Part shown: in pieces, positions 48,051 to 58,036 of the stretch | How positions within the stretch are numbered: position 1 is the first letter of the stretch | Layout of the letters: each line of letters begins with the position of its first letter | Assembly (NCBI GenBank): GCA_934091055.1 | Contig: CAKOKN010000004.1 | Location: 2,293-66,292, forward strand | Source: an uncultured Bacilli bacterium | Lineage (GTDB): Bacteria > Bacillota_I > Bacilli_A > RF39 > UBA660 | Direction: 5' to 3' | Length of the DNA stretch: 64,000 nt | Position numbers and translations under genes: made by a program | The notes under the pieces: model-generated | Told to the model about the DNA's origin: nothing | Databases searched by the model: none | Seen by the model: the letters and a program-made list of their open reading frames with translations, nothing else

Positions 48051-49286
48051 CTATTTCTTTTTCCTATAAAAAACAGAATAAAAAGAAAAATCAATACTAT
48101 CAATTACCCTTCTATAATCCTCATAACTAAACCCCTTTATAACATCAATATAATCCTCATCCTTATAACCAAAACTAATATAATTATCCTCTATAGGACC
48201 AACATACCCATTTATACTATCTTTCCTAACAACCATACTAGTAATACTATTCTTCTTAGCAAGCTCAAAAAGTTCCTTATCATCATCACTAACACTATTA
48301 ATAACATCAATAACTCTCTTCTCAAAATCATCACATAAAGAAGTATATCCCCAAATATCTATAACCAAATAACCATTATAGTAATAAGAAGAACTAACAA
48401 TATCCCCTATATATTTATCACTCCTATTAATATACTCATTTATCTTCGAATACTCAGAGAAATTAATATTCAAAAACCAACAAACATACCAATCAAGTTT
48501 ATATCTATCATAACTAGATAACCCCCTTATATCAATTTTAAAATTAATAATAACTTTATCTATCAAACTACACTCATAAGTAGTATACTTAGAAACAATA
48601 TCTCTTTTATCTACTATCATAGGTAACTTCTTATCACACTTAAAAGATTTATTACTATAAAATTTCTTAATCTTATCAAATACTTTATCATAATCAAAAT
48701 TACCCGCTACCACTAAAAACTGATTACAAGGAATATACACACTATCATAAATATCTCTAAGTTCATTAATACTAATACTATTAACACTCTCTTCACTACC
48801 CAAAGTATCATTACAATTATTAAATAAAGTTCTTATATTACTAGAAGCTACTCTTCTCCCCTCATCATTAAGACTATCTCTAATCTCATTTAACACCGCA
48901 TACTTAGTTTTATCTAACTTCTCCTTAGTAAAAGTAACATTATATATTCCCTCCAAAAAAGTATCAAAGCACTCATAAAAATTACCAACTGTATTAAAAA
49001 AATAAGAAGTATAAAAAGAATTAGTTCCAGCATTACAACTAAGTACATTATAATTTCTCAAGTTATCTAATAAATTACCCGAAGAAGTATTCTCACAAAC
49101 ATAATGTTCAAGCAAATGAGCACTACCTTCTTTTATTTTTCTTTTCTTTCCTCGCCAATCAACATAAAAATTATAATTACCTCCATAAAAAGTATATAAC
49201 TCCATATGATTAGTACTCTTACTCTTATCAGTATATATAAGAATAGTAAGCCCTTCTTCTAAAGTAATAAACTTTGCACTATTCAT
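48051..49286 (-). CDS. M16-family (pitrilysin/insulinase-like) zinc peptidase, active subunit
   Basis: The inverted zinc motif HxxEH is present (SAHLLEHYV). 411 aa. It overlaps the upstream paralog. Confidence 0.75.
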   Translation of the reverse strand: MNSAKFITLEEGLTILIYTDKSKSTNHMELYTFYGGNYNFYVDWRGKKRKIKEGSAHLLEHYVCENTSSGNLLDNLRNYNVLSCNAGTNSFYTSYFFNTVGNFYECFDTFLEGIYNVTFTKEKLDKTKYAVLNEIRDSLNDEGRRVASSNIRTLFNNCNDTLGSEESVNSISINELRDIYDSVYIPCNQFLVVAGNFDYDKVFDKIKKFYSNKSFKCDKKLPMIVDKRDIVSKYTTYECSLIDKVIINFKIDIRGLSSYDRYKLDWYVCWFLNINFSEYSKINEYINRSDKYIGDIVSSSYYYNGYLVIDIWGYTSLCDDFEKRVIDVINSVSDDDKELFELAKKNSITSMVVRKDSINGYVGPIEDNYISFGYKDEDYIDVIKGFSYEDYRRVIDSIDFSFYSVFYRKKK

Positions 49287-50532
49287 ATTTATCTCCTCCT
49301 ACATACTTAGATACCATAACCAATCTATTCTTAATAAAATCATAAACTTCTTCTCCACTTACAGTCTTTAATATATCATAGTATTTATCTTCAATATATT
49401 CCAAATGTTTATCTATATATTCATAAAGTATATCACCTAAATTTTCTTTACTAAGTTCATTATCAATTCTAGCATTCTCAACTATCAAAGAAAGCTTATC
49501 TCCTATATAATCAATATCCTCTATTTTCTTCATAACACTATCATAAATATCAAATATTATTTTAGCATTACCCTTATCTGTAAAAGAAGCCAAAGTCAAA
49601 GTACCAAACATAGTATAATTAACATAACATCTATATATTAAATCATTATCTTTTCTTAAACTATCAAACAAAATATTAGATACATTAGAATACAAAAGTT
49701 TCTTAACAACACTAAGTAAAATAGTATCTCTAACACAATTAATATTTTTAACTTTATAATTACAAAAAACTCCTGCTGTAGAAAAAGGACTATCTTCTAC
49801 TACAACATCTACTTTACTAGGTATATTCTTAGCATAAACATAATAATCTTTTTTAAATTTAACCCTACTTATCTTATTATCAAGAAGAATATTCTTAATC
49901 AACTCTTTAGATTTATTCACATCAACATTTCCAATCAAATACACTAAAGGAGGTCCACTAATAATTTTATTATATGTTTCATATAAACTCTTCGAAGTAA
50001 CATTATCTAAAAGTGAAGTATCCTTAAAAACTTTAGAAACCAAGTAATCATCTTCATCATTTAACAAATCATTCTTATAGTCATAATAACTAAAAAAATC
50101 ATTATTAATTCTAATAGTTCTATTCTTATATATTTTTTTAGCTTCTTCTACTTTACTTCTAGGAAAAGCCCCATCTTCTAAATAGGGATCATATATAATT
50201 TCTTTAATAAATTTCAAATTATCTTCAAGTACATCTATTCCCAAACAATCATAAGAAGGATAACTAAGTGTAAACTCCAAGAAAGGACTATTACCAATAA
50301 AAGATATCTTACTTCTATAAGACAAACAATAATTATTAATATTAATAACTGCTATCTTTTTATTAGTATCATACTTTTTACTTCTATCAAAAGCTATCTT
50401 TTCTAATATTCTTAATTCCTCTTCTTTATAATTAATTATTGGATAACTAATAAATATAATACATCTCTTAAAATCTTTATTTTTTATAATTAATGGTTCA
50501 TTCTTTTTATCAAACATACTACTCACTACCAA
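49279..50532 (-). CDS. M16-family peptidase-like protein lacking the HxxEH motif (probable non-catalytic partner)
   Basis: 417 aa, the same size as its partner and paired with it by overlap. No HxxEH motif was seen. The start is uncertain (TTG 50532 or ATG 50517). Confidence 0.55.
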   Translation of the reverse strand: MVVSSMFDKKNEPLIIKNKDFKRCIIFISYPIINYKEEELRILEKIAFDRSKKYDTNKKIAVININNYCLSYRSKISFIGNSPFLEFTLSYPSYDCLGIDVLEDNLKFIKEIIYDPYLEDGAFPRSKVEEAKKIYKNRTIRINNDFFSYYDYKNDLLNDEDDYLVSKVFKDTSLLDNVTSKSLYETYNKIISGPPLVYLIGNVDVNKSKELIKNILLDNKISRVKFKKDYYVYAKNIPSKVDVVVEDSPFSTAGVFCNYKVKNINCVRDTILLSVVKKLLYSNVSNILFDSLRKDNDLIYRCYVNYTMFGTLTLASFTDKGNAKIIFDIYDSVMKKIEDIDYIGDKLSLIVENARIDNELSKENLGDILYEYIDKHLEYIEDKYYDILKTVSGEEVYDFIKNRLVMVSKYVGGDKYE

Positions 50533-50632
50533 TCTATCTAAATTATATTTTAATAATATATTTTTGTCAATATAGGTATTACCCCATACACAAAATACAC
50601 GAATATCATAACTTATTTTAGGAGGTTAAAAA

Positions 50633-51124
50633 ATGAATGATTTTAATGACTATTATAACTACTTAAATGGTAACTACAGTGATCCAAACTTTATGCAATA
50701 CCCAAATAACATTATAAATGACATTAATTATCAAAATAATATTCAAAACAATTATCCTATAGCAGACACTACTCCAGATATCACAACTACTTTAGTAGGT
50801 TTTAAAAGAGGAAATTTATTTAATAGTCTCTATAATGAATACAAAAACTATAAACCACAAGAATTAAAAGCAAATAGTGAAAGAGAGGATCTAATTCTTC
50901 AAATAGATGAACAAAGATTTGCTGTAATAGAATTAGGATTATATTTAGATGTATATCCAAATGATAAAGCAGCTCTAAATAAATATAATGGCTACTTAAA
51001 AAAAGAAAAAGAATTAGTATCTCTATATGAAAGTAAATATGGACCATTAACAATATATAGTCCTGTTCAAACAAATAACTGGTTATGGAATAACTCACCT
51101 TGGCCTTGGGAGGTGCAAAACTAA
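50633..51124 (+). CDS. cotJB: Spore coat protein CotJB with an N-terminal CotJA-like segment (apparent CotJA-CotJB fusion)
   Basis: The C-terminal half (REDLILQIDEQRFAVIELGLYLDVYPNDKAALNKYN...YGPLT...WNNSPWPWE) is classic CotJB. The preceding GFKRGNLFNSLYNEY resembles the CotJA C-terminal motif. RBS is AGGAGG. Confidence 0.75.
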   Translation: MNDFNDYYNYLNGNYSDPNFMQYPNNIINDINYQNNIQNNYPIADTTPDITTTLVGFKRGNLFNSLYNEYKNYKPQELKANSEREDLILQIDEQRFAVIELGLYLDVYPNDKAALNKYNGYLKKEKELVSLYESKYGPLTIYSPVQTNNWLWNNSPWPWEVQN

Positions 51125-51684
51125 TGTGGAAATATGTAAAATCACTAGAATACCCTGTTAATATTAAAAAGAAAGACTTAAGAATGGCTAAATACTTAGT
51201 AACACAATATGGTGGAGCTAATGGTGAATTAAGTGCAGCCTTTAGATACTTAAATCAAAGATATACTATGCCAGATGATAAAGGAAAAGCATTACTTACA
51301 GACATAGGAACTGAAGAATTAGCACACGTAGAAATGATATCCGCAATGATATATCAACTACTAAACGGAGCCACTCTAAAAGAATTAAAAGAAGCTGGAT
51401 TAGAATCACACTACGCTGAACACGGTTATGGCTTATATCCAACTGATTCCAATGGTGTACCATTTACTGTATCATATTTTGCTACAACTGGCGACCCACT
51501 TGCAGACTTATCTGAAGATATGGCTGCTGAACAAAAAGCTAGAGCCACTTATGAAAACTTAATTGATTTAACAGACGATCCAGATGTCATAGGACCATTA
51601 CTTTTCTTAAGACAAAGAGAAATAATTCACTTTACTAGATTTAAAGAATTATATGACGAATATAAAAGAAAAGGAATAAAATAA
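51124..51684 (+). CDS. cotJC: Spore coat protein CotJC (manganese-catalase family)
   Basis: MWKYVKSLEYPVNIKKKDLRMAKYL..QYGGANGELSAAFRYLNQRY and EELAHVEM. The ATG overlaps the cotJB TAA (TAATG) and follows GGGAGGTG. The listed ORF begins at TTG 51100. Confidence 0.9.
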   Translation: MWKYVKSLEYPVNIKKKDLRMAKYLVTQYGGANGELSAAFRYLNQRYTMPDDKGKALLTDIGTEELAHVEMISAMIYQLLNGATLKELKEAGLESHYAEHGYGLYPTDSNGVPFTVSYFATTGDPLADLSEDMAAEQKARATYENLIDLTDDPDVIGPLLFLRQREIIHFTRFKELYDEYKRKGIK

Positions 51685-51686
51685 CT

Positions 51687-51714
51687 AAATACCTACCAAT
51701 CTAGGTATTTTTTT
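51687..51714 (+). terminator. Intrinsic terminator of cotJ operon
   Basis: Stem AAATACCTA / TAGGTATTT with a 6-nt loop, followed by TTTT. Confidence 0.6.
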
Positions 51715-51729
51715 ACATAAAAAAAGAAG

Positions 51730-53538
51730 TTATTTCTTTGCATCAAACTTCTTTCTTGCTTCTGTATTTAAAATAAATTTTCTAAGTCTAATATTCTCTG
51801 GAGTAATCTCCACTAATTCATCACTGTTAATATAATCTAGACAATATTCTAATGTAAGTGGTCTAGGTCTTTTTAATACAACTGTATGATCAGATCCTGA
51901 TGCTCTTGTATTAGTAAGTTGTTTACCCTTAACTACATTAACTGCAAGATCATTTTCTCTATTACATTCGCCTACTATCATACCTTCATATACTTCAGTA
52001 CCTGGTTCTATAAACATAACACCTCTATCTTCTAATTGTCCTAAAGCATAAGCTGTAGCCTTACCAGCTTCAGTAGACACTAATACTCCTACTTTTCTTT
52101 CTGTAGAATTAATATCCTCTATAGGTAAATATTCTTTAAAAGTATGATTAAGAATACCATAACCCTTAGTCAAAGTCATAAAATTAGTGTTAAACCCAAT
52201 AAGCCCTCTTGAAGGAATAGTATAATTAAGTCTAATTAAATTATTAACATTAGACATATTATCCATCTTACCTCCACGTAATCCAAGAGCTTCAATTACA
52301 TTACCAACAGACTCATCGCTAACTTCTATTTGAACATCTTCATAAGGTTCACATTTAACGCCATCTATTTCTTTTATTATAACTTCTGGTTTAGACACTT
52401 GTAATTCAAAACCTTCTCTTCTAAGATTTTCAATAAGTATTGATAGATGAAGTTCTCCTCTACCAGATACTATCCAAGATTCATTACCAGACTCTTCTAC
52501 TTTTAAGCTAACATCCTTTTGTGTTTCTTTAAATAGTCTCTCTCCTATTTTTCTTGCAGTAACAATCTTTCCTTCTCTTCCTACAAATGGACTATTATTT
52601 ACCATAAAAGTCATCTTAAGTGTAGGCTCATCAATTCTAAGAATTGGAAGTGCCTCTTCTTTACCAATATCACAAACAGTTTCACCAACAGAAATATCCA
52701 TAAGACCTGCCACAGCAACTATATCTCCTGCTTGTGCTTCATTTATTTCTATTCTCTTAAGGCCATCAAATCCAAATAACTTTTGTATTCTAAATTGCTT
52801 AATACTACCATCTAATCTAACACAAGATACCATTTCATTAACTTTTATAGATCCACTGTGAATTTTACCAATACCTATTCTACCAACATATTCATTATAA
52901 TCTAAAAGTGCTGGTTGAAATTGTAAATTACCATCTGGATTAACATTAGGTTCTGGTATTTCATCAATAATTAATTTAAATATATCATCATAGCTTTCAC
53001 TCTGTGTATTAATATCTGGATCTAAACTAGCAGTACCATTTAAAGCACTAACATAAGCAACTTTAAAATCAAGTTGTTCTTCATTAGCTCCTAATTCAAT
53101 AAATAAATCTATAACTTCATCAAGTACTTTTTCTACTCTAGCAGTTGGCTTATCAACTTTATTTATAACAACAATTGGTTTAACACCAGCCTCTAATGCT
53201 TTTTTAAGTACAAATCTAGTTTGTGGCATTGTACCTTCATAAGCATCTACTAATAGTAAAACGCCATCAACCATATTCATAATTCTCTCTACTTCGCCAC
53301 CAAAATCAGCGTGTCCTGGAGTATCAAGAATATTTATTTTATAACCATTATAATTTATTGATGTAGTCTTTGCTAAAATAGTTATTCCTCTTTCTCTTTC
53401 AATATCATTAGAATCCATAGCTCTAACTTCAACTTGTTCATTATCTCTAAAAGTACCAGACTTTTTAAGTAATTGATCCACAAGTGTCGTCTTACCGTGG
53501 TCTACATGTGCAATAATAGCAACATTTCTTATTTTCAT
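51730..53538 (-). CDS. typA: Translational GTPase TypA/BipA
   Basis: MKIRNVAIIAHVDHGKTTL, DTPGHADF and NKVD. The start was moved to the ATG after AGAGGTGG; the listed ORF begins at 53559. Confidence 0.94.
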   Translation of the reverse strand: MKIRNVAIIAHVDHGKTTLVDQLLKKSGTFRDNEQVEVRAMDSNDIERERGITILAKTTSINYNGYKINILDTPGHADFGGEVERIMNMVDGVLLLVDAYEGTMPQTRFVLKKALEAGVKPIVVINKVDKPTARVEKVLDEVIDLFIELGANEEQLDFKVAYVSALNGTASLDPDINTQSESYDDIFKLIIDEIPEPNVNPDGNLQFQPALLDYNEYVGRIGIGKIHSGSIKVNEMVSCVRLDGSIKQFRIQKLFGFDGLKRIEINEAQAGDIVAVAGLMDISVGETVCDIGKEEALPILRIDEPTLKMTFMVNNSPFVGREGKIVTARKIGERLFKETQKDVSLKVEESGNESWIVSGRGELHLSILIENLRREGFELQVSKPEVIIKEIDGVKCEPYEDVQIEVSDESVGNVIEALGLRGGKMDNMSNVNNLIRLNYTIPSRGLIGFNTNFMTLTKGYGILNHTFKEYLPIEDINSTERKVGVLVSTEAGKATAYALGQLEDRGVMFIEPGTEVYEGMIVGECNRENDLAVNVVKGKQLTNTRASGSDHTVVLKRPRPLTLEYCLDYINSDELVEITPENIRLRKFILNTEARKKFDAKK

Positions 53539-53690
53539 AAAATCCACCTCTTTTGTCACAAGTCATAATTATACCACTAAATACGGTATTTGAGAAGAAT
53601 TTTAATAAAAAAAGATAAAATTTTAACTAATTTTAAACAAAACAAGCCTATATTAACAAAATTTTATCTCTTAATATTAATAATATATAT

Positions 53691-54308
53691 TTATTCTTTT
53701 TCTTCTTTAGTAGTATTTTTTTCTATTCCTTGTTTCTTTTTTAAATCAATAAAATCTAATATAAGTATCAAGAACATATATATACCAGTAATCTTAAATA
53801 ATATATACACAACACTTCTAGGTACAAATATTAATAAAAGTCCTAATATAATAGAAACAATAGAAACTATTAAATTACCAGTAACCTTATAATCAAAATA
53901 CTTAGTAAAACTACTAGTAGCCATAATAAACAGTAATAATGAAACTAATACAGGAAGCATCTCTAAGAATAGAAAGTCTCCATACTTAAACACAAAGAAT
54001 GCCATCCAAATACTCATAATAGAAACAACTAGGCCTGAATAATTTCTCTTTAAATACTCCTTGTCCATAATAAAGTTAATAAGTTCTATAACTGCTACTA
54101 TAGCAAATATAACTACAAATAAATAATTAATAGTAGAAAGAAATTCACTAGTAGCAAATACAAGTACAAGAGACAATACAAAACCAATTAAGTAAAAGAA
54201 TCCTTCACCAACATAAATATTATTATTTTTCTTTGAAGTATCATTTAATTTTTCTAATTTAACCACTTCGCTCTTTACTTCTTCTTTATTAGTCTTCTTT
54301 TTTGCCAC
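53691..54308 (-). CDS. Membrane protein (HdeD/DUF308-like, 5-6 TM)
   Basis: The proposed start is GTG 54308, 7 nt after AGGAG. The listed ORF extends to 54359, inside the upstream gene. It has a Lys-rich N-terminus followed by hydrophobic helices. Confidence 0.5.
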   Translation of the reverse strand: MAKKKTNKEEVKSEVVKLEKLNDTSKKNNNIYVGEGFFYLIGFVLSLVLVFATSEFLSTINYLFVVIFAIVAVIELINFIMDKEYLKRNYSGLVVSIMSIWMAFFVFKYGDFLFLEMLPVLVSLLLFIMATSSFTKYFDYKVTGNLIVSIVSIILGLLLIFVPRSVVYILFKITGIYMFLILILDFIDLKKKQGIEKNTTKEEKE

Positions 54309-54318
54309 AATATCACTC

Positions 54319-55008
54319 CTAACACTTACCTTTTTCTTTCTCATTACAAGAACTGTCACCAGTCACTTTTAATATACCTTCTTTATATATATTAATTAAT
54401 TCATTTTTTTCTTCTTTTGTCAAAGCAACATATGGATCACTTTGACTATCTACTGTATCTATGTGATAATCAACTATATTACCATCCTTAACAAATACCA
54501 CCAAAGGAACATACACTCTCTTTTCATCTGCTGTAACAGTAGTTCCATCTTCTTTAGTAAGTGTATAATCATCTAATATTGAATCAAGTGCAGCAAGTAA
54601 TTCATCATATCCCTTAACTCCCTCTTTTTCGGTAATAATGTTTCCATCAGAATCAAGAGCAAGTCTATCTCTAACATCTTTCATATTTAAATAATAAATA
54701 GTATCTATACTTGTAGAATCACTTGCTTCAAGTAAAGCAGACACTGCATTTCTACACCAAGGACATTCTGAATAACCTAAATAGATAACACCAGTTCCAT
54801 TCTTAATTATATCTATTATCTTATCAATAGAAGTATACTTCATAACATTATTCTTATCTACATACACCTCTAAATACTCTTTATCACTAACAGATGTAGT
54901 ACCATTTAAACTTTCATATTCTTCTTTAAACTTTTCTCCATCAGTTGTTTTAAAACATCCAGTTAACAATATCAATAACGGTATCATAAGTACCAACAAT
55001 TTTTTCAT
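54319..55008 (-). CDS. Thioredoxin-fold lipoprotein with CxxC motif
   Basis: Lipobox LLTGC after the signal peptide MKKLLVLMIPLLI. The redox-type motif is YSECPWCRNAV. Confidence 0.6.
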   Translation of the reverse strand: MKKLLVLMIPLLILLTGCFKTTDGEKFKEEYESLNGTTSVSDKEYLEVYVDKNNVMKYTSIDKIIDIIKNGTGVIYLGYSECPWCRNAVSALLEASDSTSIDTIYYLNMKDVRDRLALDSDGNIITEKEGVKGYDELLAALDSILDDYTLTKEDGTTVTADEKRVYVPLVVFVKDGNIVDYHIDTVDSQSDPYVALTKEEKNELINIYKEGILKVTGDSSCNEKEKGKC

Positions 55009-55073
55009 ATTTCACTCTCTAAATTAATTATACAATAAACAACTACTATTTTCAAGAAAAAAAGAAGAAAGAC

Positions 55074-55184
55074 TTAATTTAATTTAACTCTCTCTTCATT
55101 TTTTATATAAGTATTAAGTTTTATGTAACTAATATTTTGACTCATTTCATCAAGAATATCTAGTGCTAATATATAATCTGGCAT
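55074..55184 (-). CDS. 36-aa hypothetical peptide (not in ORF track)
   Basis: A very strong RBS (AGAGGAGGG) lies 7 nt before the ATG. Sequence is MPDYILALDILDEMSQNISYIKLNTYIKNEERVKLN. Confidence 0.3.
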   Translation of the reverse strand: MPDYILALDILDEMSQNISYIKLNTYIKNEERVKLN

Positions 55185-55266
55185 TACTTATCCCTCCTCT
55201 ATTGAAAGGATATCATATTTTTAATATTCTTGCATCATATTCGACAAAACTTGTCAATATAAGACA

Positions 55267-56643
55267 TTAACTTTTAGTTATTTTAACTTTTATAGTTGTA
55301 GTCTTAGGATAATAACTTGCTTTAACTTCATCACCCGTAACAGTTACTGGTACAGAACGCTCTCCTTCACCAAGTTTAGATAAATCAACTACAGCTTTAA
55401 TATTCGCAGCATCTATACTATCTAACACTTCTTTTGTACCCTTAACTATAACTGTTGTCTTCGAAGAATTTTCTCCCATCGCTCCAGCCTTCAAGTTAGG
55501 TCCAAGATTAATAGCATCTATCTTAATATCATTAAATTCCATACTCTCTTCTTTTCCTAGAGACACCTTAACAGTTATTGTCTTCTCTGATATTTCTCTA
55601 ATACCTTCTGGTTTAGGAACTACCACTGTATAGCTCTTACTATCAGAAAGTCCTGAAACATCTACTTCTATAGGAATATAAGATTCAGTATATTTACTAA
55701 CAATTTCTTGATCACCATATATCTTAACAGTATCAACAGATGCTGTAATTGAACTAATAGCTTTACCAAATGAAAGTTTATCTATATTTATTGGAACAAC
55801 TTTTAACTTAGCTTCACCACTATAAGATTCTATGTTAACAGTAGCAGTTACTTTCTCAGGTACTATTTCAACATCAACAACATTACCATATTTATCATAA
55901 GCAACTAAATTAACATCCTTCAATGTATTAACTCCTGCTGCTGGATCAACTATATTATCTATATCTACCAACGCTTTAACAGTAGCAACTTTTTCTAATG
56001 TATGTTCAGCTCCTTTAATAATAACTTCTTCTTTATCAACAGTAACAGACTGTACTGATAACTTACTATCAAGTTTTTCTTTATTTATAACATCTACTGT
56101 TATTGTCTTAGTAGCAGACACTTTAGGATATACAACAACAGTTATCGAAGAAGGATCCAATTTATAAGTAACTGAATTAATAGGACTATCATAAACTAAA
56201 TCTACTTTATGTGTTCCTTCTTTTAAATCAGATAAATCTACTGATACTTTTCCTGTAGATAATTGTTTAGCCAAATATAAATCCACTGTTCTTCCTATTA
56301 ATGTAACATCTGCTGTATCAGGTAGTCCCTCTACTACATATGCTTCTTTATTATAAGTAGCTTCAACTTCTTGATTTCTAAGTACTTCAGCAGCACTATC
56401 AATTACAGTACTAGCTTGATTATCAACATAAAAGAACAATAAAATAGCCATCAGTAGTGAAATAAATACTAAAGTATTTCTTTTATTTAACCACTTTTCA
56501 AACTTACCTGCCTGTTTATCTGTTTTTTCCCCTATAAATAATACAAACTTAGTTATTGGAGTTATTATACATTTATCAATAAATCTAGCAATACCACGGA
56601 AGATATTTCTAAAAAATCTTATTATTTTCTTAAGCATCTTCAT
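55267..56643 (-). CDS. cdaR: CdaA regulatory protein CdaR (YbbR-domain repeats)
   Basis: N-terminal TM followed by four YbbR-like beta repeats (...VxVxxxP..V.V.G...). The ATG after AAGGAGG lies inside the cdaA 3' end; the listed ORF begins at 56679. Confidence 0.8.
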   Translation of the reverse strand: MKMLKKIIRFFRNIFRGIARFIDKCIITPITKFVLFIGEKTDKQAGKFEKWLNKRNTLVFISLLMAILLFFYVDNQASTVIDSAAEVLRNQEVEATYNKEAYVVEGLPDTADVTLIGRTVDLYLAKQLSTGKVSVDLSDLKEGTHKVDLVYDSPINSVTYKLDPSSITVVVYPKVSATKTITVDVINKEKLDSKLSVQSVTVDKEEVIIKGAEHTLEKVATVKALVDIDNIVDPAAGVNTLKDVNLVAYDKYGNVVDVEIVPEKVTATVNIESYSGEAKLKVVPINIDKLSFGKAISSITASVDTVKIYGDQEIVSKYTESYIPIEVDVSGLSDSKSYTVVVPKPEGIREISEKTITVKVSLGKEESMEFNDIKIDAINLGPNLKAGAMGENSSKTTVIVKGTKEVLDSIDAANIKAVVDLSKLGEGERSVPVTVTGDEVKASYYPKTTTIKVKITKS

Positions 56644-57460
56644 TATTATCTTCCTCCTTGTCATCTTCAAACTCATCATCTAAAAGTACTTCTTTTTTAG
56701 GTTTAAGTTCTTCTATCAAGATCATTCTAGCATCATCTAAAGAAAGATTATAATTTAAGTTTCCACCTACTGCTATTGATATCTTACCAGTCTCTTCACT
56801 TACAACGACAGCTATAGCATCAGATTCTTCGCTGATACCAATCGCTGCTCTATGCCTAGTACCAAGTTTTTTATTAATCTTACTATTAATACTTATTGGA
56901 AATACAGCTCCCGCAGAAGTGATTTTATTACCTTGTATTATTACACCACCATCGTGAAGAGGATTTCTAGGAAAGAATATAGAAATCAACAGTTCAGAAG
57001 AAATATCTCCATATATTGGTTTACTTCTTTCAATATATTCATTCAAGCTAATATCTCTTTCTATAACTATTAATGCTCCTATTCTAGATTTTCTTAAATA
57101 ATCAACCGCAGACATAACTTCATATACAAGTTTTTCTCTCTCATCCAATGTAAGCATCTTATGTCTGCCAAGTAACTGCTTTCTACCAATATGCTCCAAA
57201 ATACTTCTAATTTCTGGCTGAAATATAATTATAAGAGCAAGTGGCCCCCACATAATAACATATTCTAAAAGCAATCCTATCGTAGTCAAATTTAAAGTAT
57301 CACTAAGGATCTTAATAATAATAACTACTAAAACTCCTTTAAATAACAAAACCATCTTTACATTATTCTTAATATTCTTAAGAACAAAATAAATAATCAT
57401 CCATACTAAAGATATATCTATTATCTTTTGTAATATTACTAACATACTATCAACAGTCAT
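56630..57460 (-). CDS. cdaA: Diadenylate cyclase CdaA
   Basis: Three N-terminal TM helices plus a DisA_N/DAC domain (GALIVIERD, HDGGVIIQGNKI, GTRHRAAIGISE). No glmM follows cdaR here. Confidence 0.92.
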   Translation of the reverse strand: MTVDSMLVILQKIIDISLVWMIIYFVLKNIKNNVKMVLLFKGVLVVIIIKILSDTLNLTTIGLLLEYVIMWGPLALIIIFQPEIRSILEHIGRKQLLGRHKMLTLDEREKLVYEVMSAVDYLRKSRIGALIVIERDISLNEYIERSKPIYGDISSELLISIFFPRNPLHDGGVIIQGNKITSAGAVFPISINSKINKKLGTRHRAAIGISEESDAIAVVVSEETGKISIAVGGNLNYNLSLDDARMILIEELKPKKEVLLDDEFEDDKEEDNNEDA

Positions 57461-57475
57461 ATCAAAAACTCCTTT

Positions 57476-57964
57476 CTACTTAACAATATATATGGCCGCA
57501 TTAACGCAAAAATAACAAAGTAATATAACTCCTCCAAAAAGAAGTAACATATTATAAACGAAGCCATCATTCGAAGATATTATTTTTCTATTATTAATAA
57601 CATTATCATTATTCTTAGAATTAATATATCTTAAAAAATCACTTCTTGTCATAATACCATAGCATTTATATAAATTTTTATTTTTTTTACCAGCATATAG
57701 TAAATTTAATTTATTGGTATCATAATAAGAAAGAGAAAAACCTATATTTTGATAAATCTCTTTTCTATCTTCCATTCTCTCCGCGGATATATTAATATAA
57801 TAAATATCATTATCTTCAATAATCAAAGAAAGTTTTTTACAAACTATCATAAGTTCATCTTCTGTAACATTAATATTACTTTGAAATAAATAAATGGTAT
57901 CATTTATTATACGATAAGTAAAATGATCTGTAAGTTTTTCTAATTTAACACTATTTTTCTTCAT
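57476..57964 (-). CDS. Hypothetical tail-anchored membrane protein
   Basis: 162 aa with a C-terminal TM (MLLLFGGVILLCYFCVNAAIYIV). It lies downstream of the adhesin-sortase ORF. Confidence 0.4.
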   Translation of the reverse strand: MKKNSVKLEKLTDHFTYRIINDTIYLFQSNINVTEDELMIVCKKLSLIIEDNDIYYINISAERMEDRKEIYQNIGFSLSYYDTNKLNLLYAGKKNKNLYKCYGIMTRSDFLRYINSKNNDNVINNRKIISSNDGFVYNMLLLFGGVILLCYFCVNAAIYIVK

Positions 57965-58036
57965 CTTATTTTACCTTCCCGTCTATAATAATTCTATCAC
58001 GATAAATATAAAAAAGCAAGAAAAAGAAGAGCAAAA

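Noticed and set aside
47829-50632. The M16 peptidase pair might mark a RiPP (AlbE/AlbF-like) biosynthetic cluster.
   Set aside because: No precursor-like small ORF, radical-SAM, cyclodehydratase or LanM-type maturase lies adjacent. The neighbouring ABC operon has its own GntR regulator and promoter, and terminators separate it from the M16 genes.
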